DNA of 64,000 nt from Lama glama (lineage: Eukaryota). The stretch spans positions 18,974,001-19,038,000 of the forward strand of contig CM052817.1 in assembly GCA_028534125.1 (NCBI GenBank). The letters run 5' to 3'. Below, piece after piece: positions 53,280-64,000 of this stretch. The translations under genes and the position numbers were made by a program. The stretch's first letter is position 1; each line of letters begins with the position of its first letter. The notes beneath the pieces were generated by a model. The model was given only the letters and a program-made list of their open reading frames with translations. It did not search any database and was not told the DNA's origin.

Positions 53280-54815
53280 TTAATAATTATTTATTGGGAA
53301 CAAAGTTCTTACATTCATGGGAGGTACATTCTAGTGGGAGGAAAATGACAAACTACTGAAATTCTGCATACGTGGTATTTCTCAAGGAGATAAGTGGGAC
53401 TGAGGAAAATGGGGATTGCCATCTTTTGTTGGGTCTTGAAGAAGGGATCACTGAGATGTTAGGCAGTTAGATAGGAATGGGCACTAGGCAAAGGGGAGAG
53501 GAAGGGGGAGGGCACAATCCAGAATGTAATGGTACCCCTGCGCTCAGGATAGGAGACGTCAAAGAGTTTTACTTTCTCTAAGTAAATGCCAGCAAAGAAG
53601 CCAGTTAGAACTGGATGCCGCGACTGCATGGTAGAGAGAAGGACCCGACCTGACAGGACACAGTGCTCATTATAATTAATTAGCATTACAGTTTAGGCAC
53701 CCCCCTTCCGTGGGCTTTTCTGTGTGCATAGTGGGTAAGAACATGGGCAAAGGAGATGGGCATACCTAAGCACTCAAGGGGCGTGAGCCATCATGAGAAG
53801 CCCCTAAGCCAGGATATGAGACAGGAGAAACAAAGGAGGGGCGGGGCCGTTGTCCCCTCTTGGGTCAGCCAGCCTTCAGTTCTGGAAGGTGTATTTTGTT
53901 TTGCCAACTTTTGCTTTACTGATAAGACTCTTTATTTACACAGTGCTTTGGTCTACCATCTGAATTCTTTTCTTTTGGGGAAGACAAGGACTGAGGATTT
54001 TCCCCTCCTTGAGGTAACAAAGAGACCAGACAACCAGATAATTGGGGGAAGGGGGACACGAGTCACATAGCATTGTCAAGAAGAGCATTGCAGGAGAGAC
54101 AGCAGCAGTGCAAATGATCTGGGGCACTTAAGATGTGCTGACACTTTAGGATATTTCAGAAATAATAATAAACCAGTATGGGTAAAGCTGAATGAACAAA
54201 TCTTAAAGCAACGGGAGATAATATCAGTGTATGTAGGACCTTTCATGAATTAAATGAAAACCTGCTGACAGATTTTGAGGAAAAGAAGGAAATCTTCCGA
54301 CTTACATTTTTGAGGGAGAATTCTGGTGCTGTGTTAAGAATGACTATTAGGAAGGTAAGTAAGGACACTGGGAGGAAAGCTTTAGAAATCTGTTATGCAA
54401 ACCTAAGCAAAAGCTGCTAGTTGCTTGGCCATGGTAGGAGTGAAAATATTGGAAAGGGACTGGATTCTGAATGTACTTTCATGCAAGGATTTGTTTATGA
54501 ATTGATTACATCATAGAAGGGAGAAATAAGTGGCAAGTGCTTTAGATGGAGACATTTAGACAGTTCAACTGCTTTTGGGGAAATTGAGGGAAGAGCAATT
54601 TGGCAATAACGGAGGTGGGACTGATGAATCAGTAAAAGATACTAAGAAGGAACAGCAACCAAGAGTGACTGATGTTTCAGATGCCAAATGAGAAAAATAT
54701 TTAGCATGATACCAATTACGCCAAATAATGCTGTTAAATCAAGAAAGGTGAAGGATAAGGCACGACCCTTCCATTAAGCAACACAAAATCTCCAGTAACC
54801 TTGGAATAGGGAGGA
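53280..54815 (-). mobile_element. L2 fragment interrupted by an LTR
   Basis: Purine-rich antisense L2 phrases on both sides of 53457-54019. Confidence 0.6.
53457..54019 (+). mobile_element. ERV1-type solo LTR
   Basis: tgttaggcag...ggtaaca termini; flanks gaga/aaga; U5-like 'tgaattcttttct...gaagacaagga'. Confidence 0.75.
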
Positions 54816-55419
54816 TGAAACTCTTCCCAGAGGGGTGGGGTCAGTCTGAGAATCACCTGTCATTTCTTGAATACCTTTTTACAGACACTCCAGTGTTACA
54901 GCTTTGTCACATCAAGGTCACTAAGCTCAGAGAGACATCTTTGCTGTTACTGGCTCCAGCTGATCCTTTTTCTTGGTCTATGTGGAGTCTATCAGACCAT
55001 CTGAGCTCTCCCAGAATCTGAGTAGTGAGCGTGATTCCTTCTAATTCTTCTTTTTCTGGTGAACTAGGCCCAGCACTTTGACACGATAGGCATCTAGTAG
55101 CTCTAACTGTGTATGGCGTCTGTGTGGGGACTCATTACAACTGCCAGCACTCAGTAGTCTGTCCAGTGTTTAAACCATGCACATACAGCCAGATGCTAGA
55201 AATGTGGCAACAAATTTTACATCCGCTAACCTGGTACTCATTGTACATGAGGCATCATAATCATCTCCTTAAGAAACCTTTTGTTATAATCCAACAAAAT
55301 TGGCTTTCATCAGAGTGTGTCTGAGAGCCATTTCTTAGCGTGAGTTACATAGTTTGACAACTGGCTTCTCAGTATCTCCATTGGGACGTTAGGGAGACTG
55401 CAGACTTAACAACCAAAAT

Positions 55420-56140
55420 GTAGCTCCTGGTTTTCTCTGCTCAGCCTCCTTCTTCCATAATTTCCCCATTTCCATTCAATGACAGCTCCATCCTTCCAGG
55501 AGTAAGGGCAAAATGCTTGAAGCCACCTCTGAATGCTTGCTTTCTCCAGTGCCTCAAATTCTGTTCATCCACATATCCTATTTCCATGACCTTTAAATTC
55601 TATCTCAATCCAGTGGCTTCCAACGACTTCGGTTACTGATACCATGGCCTGAGTCATCATCAGTTCTGTCTAGGTTTGACTGCAGTAGCTTCTATGCTTG
55701 TTTCCCACCTGCATACTCTTACCCAGATAGCAACCAAAGGAATCTTTTTAAATGTAAATATGTTGATGCCACTCCTCCAGTCTGAGGCCTGCAATGGTTC
55801 CCAAGTTCTTTCAGTGTTCCGCAAACACTTACCTTAGTGGTCCTCTCTGTCCGCCTTGTTTCTATAACCTGATCTGCTGCTGCTTCACCCCTCACTCACT
55901 GTGTTCTAGCCAACTGCACTCCTTTTTCTACTTTTCCTGTTGTGCATTGTACTTACTGTAACATGCTATATAGTTTACATATTTATTTTATTATCATTTC
56001 TACGTGTTCTTGCTAGAATGTAAGCTCTGTGAGAAAAAAATCTGTGTCACCTTTGTTTAGTGAAGAATCAAGAGTGCCTGATCTATCTGGCCTCTAGAAA
56101 GGGCTTAGTAAATATTTGTTGAATAAATTGAATGACTGAA
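55420..56140 (+). mobile_element. L2a 3' end
   Basis: 'ctagaatgtaagctctgtgag...agagtgcctg...tagtaaatatttgttgaataaattgaatg' L2 terminus. Confidence 0.8.
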
Positions 56141-56144
56141 TTAA

Positions 56145-56181
56145 CCATTTAATCCTTAAAACATTTTTATGATTTCAGTGT

Positions 56182-56243
<62 letters not shown>

Positions 56244-56370
56244 TACTACTACTACCATTTTGTAGATAAGAAAACTTAGGCACAAAGAGTGTAAAACTGT
56301 TTAATACTGCTAGCAAGTGACTGAGCTTGAATTTGAATGTAAAAAGCCTACTTCTGGAATCAGCAATTAA
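56145..56370 (-). mobile_element. MIR with internal (TAT)n/(TAC)n microsatellite (56183-56254)
   Basis: 'ccattttgtagataagaaaacttaggcacaaagag' MIR core next to the trinucleotide run. Confidence 0.7.
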
Positions 56371-59214
56371 GTACTCAAGTTAGCACTCTTGAGAACCATA
56401 CTGCAATCCTCCCATTGTATACGAATGTTACAGGATAATATTTATTTTGAAATTAAAAAGAATAAGATGGCATTACGTGAATAGATACAAAGAGACATCT
56501 CTGTCATGTTACTAAGTTTAAAACATCAGATAACAAGTTCTATAGTTCAGTATTTTTAAAAATTCATGAGCATATATACATGTATGCACATATATGTATA
56601 AACACATACATGTTTGTGGTCCAATGTTTTTCATCCCTTTATGTACAAATATACACAAAGAGGAAATTGCCCTAAAATTAGGATATAATATGGAGAAAGG
56701 GAATATTTAGAATAATTGTTTTTATTTTTGAATATTTTGCAGCCAGCAGTTGTTACATTATAATTTAAATAATGGAAAAATAACCTGTAGAACAACAGGA
56801 TCCCCATAAACACTAAACATAAGTTCATACAGAGGTCAACGCCCCTTTCCCCAATGAAGTTCATAAACTTTTTGTTTCTCTCAAAACAGAGATACATCCT
56901 TTAGGATGGTAATTAGACTAGCTACTCTGGTCCTCTGTGGCAGTGAGGATGCTGCTGGAATCTTTACTGCTTCTTATGTACATCAGTACATTTCAATTTC
57001 AAAGTATTTTCTTCAATAATGTTCCCCAAGGCCTATGGGAGGTGCTCCCAGTTTCTTTCAAATGTGACTTAGGTGGAGCAGTTCTATACTTAATCCCCTC
57101 ACTTCTCCAAATATGGTCTTCTGAACACACGGCATAATTCTGGCAGTGGAAGTGGTGGTCTCCAATAGAGGAGGGTCAGGGAGCTGTTTGATTACTTTAT
57201 GCATCATAAGTTTTTGATAAATCCTTCAGGGTACATATTCCTTATTGAGAATAGCTGTTCTGATGTGTTAAATATTAGGAAAGTTAACATTTTCCTAACT
57301 TAATCGTTTATTCATCCTCAAATACAGGGCTAACTGTGTTTTTATATGAATTATAAGATACTGTCTTTAAAAATTTTAGTTAAACTAACTTCCTATATAT
57401 GTAGTAATTAATCTATGGACCTGGATACATTTGTGAATTTCAAACATTTTTTTTAAATATTTTGAAGTGACAAATAAGGAAAAAATTTTCATTTCTTTTC
57501 TGAAACAAAATTTTTTTCTTGGTGCTGATTCTATTAGTATTTGTTAACACATATGTACATATTTTTATCAATATAGTTTATCAGTGTATTCATTTTATCT
57601 GTATGTACAATCAATTTAATTATACTACTTTCATCATTTTACATGTTTTAAAATATAATATTAAATGAGTGGTAAAGTGAAAGCAGTGGACTGCATGAGG
57701 AGGAGCAAGTGTATTATCCACAGTGTTTTCTAGCATAGACAAGCATGTGGAAGAGTGAGCCCATGTTATGTGCATGCGACATAAAGAATAGGAGCGAGGA
57801 GGAGATAAATACAGTTCAATTGAATCAAATGAAACATACAGATCACATAAAAGTTGAAATAGCATAGGGTTTCTGGACTGTCATTCTATATTACATTTTG
57901 GTTTAGCATCCCAAACGCTTTAGATTCCATTTATAAATTTATAATTACTCATCTTCATGCTCAAAACCAACTAATTTTTTGCTCTCTCATTTAATGTCAT
58001 CAGCTCTTGCTTGAATTGGCCATCTAAGAGCATTTCAGAGCCAAGGTTATTAAAATATTTCTAAACAAGAAGTAATTTCCCATGAAGTCTCCAAGGTGTT
58101 GGATTTTAAGCCAATACGTTATATTAGGGTATTTAGGACTCTCTGATTTTCATTTATGCATATCCCAGTCAGCATATGATCACAGCTGGAAAAAGGAGCT
58201 TGAGTAATGAAATAAATGAGATGCCAAAGCAATATTTCTTCTTAGAATGGAGGCCATTAGTTTAATTGCCACAGATGGATGATAATCAGGTCTCAAGGCT
58301 CTGGTACTTGGAATTGGCTTTTAAACTCTAAATACAAATTTAACATTCCTTACATTCTATGAATGGTCACCAGAGTGGAACAAAAAAAAATATTCTCATG
58401 CTGGAATTCTGTGTCTTAAAGTGATCCCTCAAACATTTCACTTGTTAAGTTCAGTATGCAAGGTACAGTGGGTAGAGATGTTTACCCAAGTTCCTCACCT
58501 CTAAAATGGATATTTTCATAGTCTTCATCGTCATGATTATCCTTATCATCACCATCACTGTCATCATTGTCATCCCTGTTGGTAGTGTTGGCTATATTGA
58601 GGTAGCTAATTTAAGCTATTTAGCACACTCTCTGGTATACAGTAATCACACACAAATATTCCTCATAGAGTCTTAAGTGAAAGTTCTATAATGTCGCTAA
58701 GTCTCAGATTCCCCATTCGTAAAATGTGGATTACAATGCCTGTTTCTAGGATTTCAAATTTGAATAATGTGTGTATTATGTGGTAGTTAAAAATTACTTG
58801 ACCTATAGTGCAAGCTGTAAAATTGAGTCCAACTTGTTGAATTCAAAATTGAGTCAAAAATATTTTCACAAAACAAGTGGTCATAGCTGTGTAGAGTCAG
58901 CTTTCCAAGAAACATGCATTCTCTGAGATTAAAAGTCAGTGGATATATATTCTTGCTTCTCCCATCTCTTACATTGCACTGAATCCTCCCCATGAGCCCA
59001 TTATAGACAAATCCATCTATTATTATGAAAAACATTTTCTTAAAACCATAAATCTTACATTTAAAAAAACTCCAGTGAATGAAAGAAGAATTCAGTCATT
59101 TAAAATGATACATTTCTATATATTTTTAATCTTTAATCCACAACTCCCATCCTTCTTAGTTCTTTCCCATGTTAGTACTGAACTTTGTTTTGAGAAGACC
59201 AGTGTTTCCTCTCA

Positions 59215-59410
59215 AGGGAGGTAGAGTAGAAAGAGCGAGGGCTTTGGCGTTAGATTAGCCATGCTTATAATTCCAGCACTGCTATGTAAACGCGAGCAAG
59301 TTGTGTGACTCAGTTTTCTTTTCTATAAAATGTGGATAAATGTACCACTACTGTAAGGATCTGTAAGGATTACATATAATACATTCAAAATGCCTAATAG
59401 GTACTAATTA
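59215..59410 (+). mobile_element. MIR fragment
   Basis: 'gtagagtagaaagagcgagggctttgg...ctcagttttcttttctataaaatg'. Confidence 0.65.
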
Positions 59411-60539
59411 AATTGTTCCTCTCGTAACTTTATTAAAATTTCATGTTATGATGTACCCTGTTCTCCATTTGTTACTCAGTTTTTTCCATGGATAAAATCC
59501 CTTAAGAGCAATTATTGAGACACTTCCTTCATAGACTGTTTTCAAGGTAAATCCCCCAAGACATTTAATTCTTCACTCAGTTCCCTTTTTCATGTTCTCC
59601 CTCCAGAATGGGAGACTATGGAAAACAAAAGAGAGCCAGTAACTTTACACAGGCTGGAACTATGGACTTGATATTAGAGACTTGAAGCAGAGTTTCTTAA
59701 AATTTCTATCTCCTGAACTGAATATAGAAAATAATCTATTTTTTTCTAAAAACATAAGATCTAGACCTCAGTATCTAGAATATTCTGAATTCCAGTAACA
59801 ATGTTGAGTCTTATGTCTCAGAAACATCTAAACATCCCTTCCGTCCAGGACTTACTTTCTGCCAGTTGACCCCTTCCTTGGAATATTTCCTCTGTCCACA
59901 GCCTTCTCTGTTTAGACAAGCCCTCTTCTTCCTTCAGGTCTATGTTCAACTCAGAAAAATGCTTCCTTAATTTTCTTAATGTGGAAAACATACAAACTCT
60001 CCTCATGATGGACATATCATGAGGTGGATAAATATGAACAAAATAATTACATCTGTCATCACTATCATGACACAGAGACCTAAGGTAAAATAAAGGTGAA
60101 TTTTCCAGCAGAGGGCCAGTCCCACCTACACCCCAGCCATTTTATGAAGATTTGATGAATCACCAAAGGCAGACCTGGAGAAAGTGTGAGCCAGGAATGC
60201 CAGGGATGGAGCTGTTTCTTGTGTGTCATGTGATTCCTTCATTTGTTCTTTCATTTATCTCTGTGATACAGTTACATTGAGATGATTTTTCTCTTCTCAT
60301 AAAATAAAACCAAGTGATAAGAGAGAAGCTTAAGGCAATAAATGTTCAAGTGAAAATTATTTCATCTAAAATATAATTGAGTAAATGTAAAATAGAATTT
60401 ACTGATACGGATCATAAAAATTTAACCTGGAAAGGTCAATTTCTTAATCTCTTTGGAAATTTGATTATTATTTTTATTAAAAGAAGTAAAGAAAATGATA
60501 CCTTCAAAGGCCAATTTAATTATTTTTCACTTTTGTTGT

Positions 60540-60680
60540 ATTTCCACCTCAGCCATGTACTGTGCGACTTGGGGCAAGTGATTAATCTCTCTGTGACCAA
60601 GCCCTTGCCTCATAGAGTTTTTAGGAGGTTAATATGATTCAATACATGTAAAGTACTTAGACTATTATTATGATTGTTGC
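60540..60680 (+). mobile_element. MIR fragment
   Basis: 'ctgtgcgacttggggcaagtgattaatctctctgtg'. Confidence 0.65.
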
Positions 60681-61199
60681 TAGTTAAAAAAAAACCCTAT
60701 AATTTGACACTATACCTCTTCAATTTCTTAGATATGACACTGGTACCATCAAGGAACCCATGTATCTTGTCATTTCACCTCGCTATTTAGTAAAAATACA
60801 TATTAAATAAGTTGGCATTCACTTTTTAGTAATCAATTTGCTCATGGTGGTTTCAATGCACATATCTAATTTGCTTGAAGTACAGGGAAACTTAAAACTC
60901 AGCAAAAGTCTTGCCTGTTATGTATTGTAGATAAAATTATATGAAATAGTCTGGTTGGTTTTATTGGCTAGTACAACAAAAACTAAACTTGATTCCTTAT
61001 AGTGGAAATAAGTTAGTCAATGAGCTTTCAGTAACAGTTTGGTCTACCAAACAGCATCCTAGTACATGAACAGCATCTTCCCATGATACCTGAAAATCAC
61101 TCTGGATTGTGGAAGATTCTGAAACAACAGCTGTACCAATCAGCAGGACGCATCCCAAATGTCAATTCAGGAAGGTCTAGTAAAAGTGTAACGTAAAGG

Positions 61200-61640
61200 C
61201 TGCTTACAGAGACAGAGGTGGGATGAAAAGATCCAACAAGGAAAGGGGAAACATCCTGGCACCAGCAGATGCTGGATGCCTTTACTACTGTTCGCCCAGA
61301 GGAACAATATGATAGAGGAAAATGAGTGGGACCCAGCACCTGGTGAGAGTGGCAGCTGTGGGAGTTTGATCCCCAAGGAAGAGGAAAGCAATCATTGTAA
61401 AAACTGTAGGCAATAAAGAGAGGAAGGATTCAATTCTCACTCTCTCTCTCCGTCTCTCTCTCTGTCTCTTCAGTGCACCAGTTCTCTGCTGCTGCCTCTG
61501 TGGCCCAAACCAAAACTGACGATGGAGAAGTTGGGATATTGAGATAATGTAGTCCCTGCAAGTCAGCCCCCTGCAGCCCAGAGCAAGGTGTGGAAGGAAG
61601 CCTGGAGGAAGCATCTGATGGGGAAATGGAGGTAAGTCAG
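61200..61640 (-). mobile_element. LTR33/LTR40-group ERVL LTR fragment
   Basis: Minus strand 'ttccacaccttgctctgggctgcagggggctgacttgcagggactacat' resembles the 5' part of this group. Confidence 0.45.
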
Positions 61641-62488
61641 CCTTTAAGATGCCTTTATCTTACATTAAGTGAATTCAGTTAATTTTCTGCTTATAATAAA
61701 ATTTGTGTAATCAATCAACATGGATAGAAAGAAAACGTATCTACATGTTTATGACACTTGATTTGTCCGGCGCAACTTTGGTGACTGAAAAATAGCACAG
61801 GATTAATTTTATTCCCTGATAAGCAAAACCTCCTTGCAAATGGTATTTAATGTATTTCTAGTCATATTAAGATTTTAAACATACTTTCTGTGTTACCCTG
61901 GCATACCACCATCTTAGAGTGTTTATGTTTCCCTTATGCTGATGTGTGTTCACTTCCTTGGACTTTTCGTTTTAATACAGTAGTATTTATTACAGAAGCT
62001 TGGCTATAATTATGTATAATATTGCTCTTTATTGTTCAGGCCTGCAGACATTTTCAATATGGATTGAGGCTCAGGACTATCAATGTTTAGGTCTAGGACA
62101 GATAGAGCAGCAGGTAGCAAATGCCTACCTACATATTTTCATGGTTATCTCACACAATTCTAATGGTATTATAAGATGATCAAATTGACGTAATTTTTCT
62201 TTGGATTCCATGGCAAAGCCAATTTTGGATCATAAAAACAGAATGCAATTAAGGGAATACTGTATTCCAAATAAATAGGTAATTTATTTATCATATAATA
62301 TATTGTTGAATATGTATGATTTTGAATATATTTTGAACATGAATGTCTTTTTGAATATGTACGTTTGAATATGTATATTTTTGGATGTGTATATCTAACC
62401 TGAATTTTATTTCCTGAGAAAAGAGATGATAACCTAAACTTATTTTATATGGTTGTGGTAAATGCCAAGGAGTAGCTGTTTAAGTCTG

Positions 62489-62950
62489 CAGTGCTTTTTG
62501 GTCTCAGGACCCTTTATAGCCCTAAAAATTATTGAGCATCCCCAGAATGTCTGTGTTTATGCAGGTTAAAGATATTAATACTTTGAGTTAGAAATGAAAA
62601 CCGAGAACAAAATAAAAATATTTATTTATTTTGAAATGATGATAAACCTATATATTAATACCTAGAACATATGTTGTGGAAAATGTATTTCACAAAACAA
62701 AATAAATTAATGAGAACAGTGACATCATTCTACAGTTTTGCAAACTTTTTGGGCATCTGGCTTGACAGAAGTCACCTGGACTCTCAGAGGTACTCCTCCG
62801 TTCAGCCTGCAGTGTGTGTGCTCTTTTGGTTGAAGTATGTGAAGAAAATCTGGTTTCATGCAGATAATGCAATTGGAAAGTGCAGAACCATGTGGACCCT
62901 GAGAGAGTCCAAAGGACCCCCAAGGACTCCTGGGACCACACTGAGCTTTA
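62489..62950 (-). mobile_element. hAT-Charlie1 internal-deletion derivative (MER106/Charlie1b-like)
   Basis: Ends 'cagtgc..tttttggtctcaggaccc' and, on the minus strand, 'cagtgtggtccc..gga..cc.tgggggtcc' resemble the two Charlie1 termini; no transposase ORF. Confidence 0.75.
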
Positions 62951-64000
62951 GGCCACTTTTCTGAGTAGAAAACAGTCAAAAGAGAACAATGGACTGATTC
63001 CCTTGAACCTTATCCCCTGATTAACTAGTTCAGAAAGGAGAACAGCAATGTTCTTAGAAATGTAAATGCATGTTATCACTGAGTAATCACATTACCCTAT
63101 AAATAAGATGCATGTGATAATGGCCTAGATTTTAACTGCTAAACCAGAGACACGCAGACGAACATGTCTAAAACCACAATTGATGTGAGAGGACGCTGAG
63201 ATTTGGACTATGTCTGTTTGATTTCAAAGACTAAGCTCTTTCCACTATACCATCCTAAGGGAAATTCAGTTCATTAACAGAGTTGACTGGTGGGAATTGA
63301 GAAGGGAATAGTTTCAACTGTCATTTGATGTGGTTTAACTTTGGAATATTACTTTTCTTATGTAATATTTAAGAGTTCCATTGCCTATATACTTTTTATC
63401 ATTGTTGTTGTTTGTTGTTTTCAGTATTTGTTTGTTGTTTTCAGTATTATTTTCAAAAGGATACTTAGGCTATACTGTGGACAATAATATTTATCCTCGG
63501 TGAGCACAGAAATATGTGTACCCTTAGTTTTTAGAGATTCTTCAATATACGTACTTTAGTTCATTGGTTGTATCGTATGCATAAAGTTAGAAGTTAGCTT
63601 TTCTTCTTCTTTATTGACAAGCAGTATCATCAGTATCTCTACGTGTATCTCTGATCTTCCACAAGACTGATTATTACAAAATCCTGACTCTTCCTAATAC
63701 TTGCCTTAGAAGACACTGATATAGGGGTGTATTTTCCTCAGTTCAAAAGACTGGGTAACTCCCTTTTCCATGGTCCTGAAATTAGTGACCATGCATTTGA
63801 AGAAAGAGAATCCATGGTTATATCCTTTAGCCTGATTTCAGTGCCATTCTTCCTCAAAATATCTTCCTTTGTGACTGGATCCATAGGCTTCCCGAGCCAC
63901 CCCTGGATATCAATCCCTGACAGCGGGAGTGTTTTCCCATTAAAATACATCTGTCCATGAGGTTGGATTTGAAAGGGTTAATAATTATTGGTCATAATTT

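Noticed and set aside
53280..56140. Inverted pair of L2 fragments as a dsRNA-forming structure
   Set aside because: Both are ancient and too diverged for stable pairing; such arrangements are common.
63738..63950. 70-aa minus-strand ORF with protein-like composition (MYFNGKTLPL...)
   Set aside because: I recognise no homolog and see no convincing splice pair; a tBLASTx or conservation check would be needed before calling it an exon.
1..64000. CRISPR array, operon or other prokaryote-type system
   Set aside because: The sequence is mammalian repeat-rich DNA with no regularly spaced repeat-spacer array and no long ORFs.

Overview
This is AT-rich, CpG-depleted mammalian non-coding DNA (intergenic or deep intronic). 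It is probably from a cetartiodactyl and most resembles camelid sequence, judged by the young L1 3' end, MER41-like LTRs and the absence of recognisable Alu, Bov-tA/A2, PRE-1 or Can-SINE. I find no host protein-coding exon, tRNA/rRNA gene or CRISPR array. Every recognisable ORF in the track is a broken retroelement remnant: L1 ORF2, class III ERV (ERVL) pro/RT/RNase H/IN, or ERVL-like gag. The window is largely a mosaic of L1, L2, MIR, MaLR, ERVL/ERV1 LTRs, one Charlie-type hAT element and microsatellites, with a few TE-poor blocks that may be conserved regulatory elements. The most interesting items are a twin-primed 5'-inverted L1, an L1 reduced to a 5' end fused to a 3' end, a nested tRNA-Arg-primed ERV with gag and env-like remnants, a MER41-like LTR carrying a GAS motif, and compact motif clusters in unique DNA. 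The sequence does not support a novel multi-gene system. Repeat family names come from recalled consensus similarity, not from a database search, and most boundaries are approximate.
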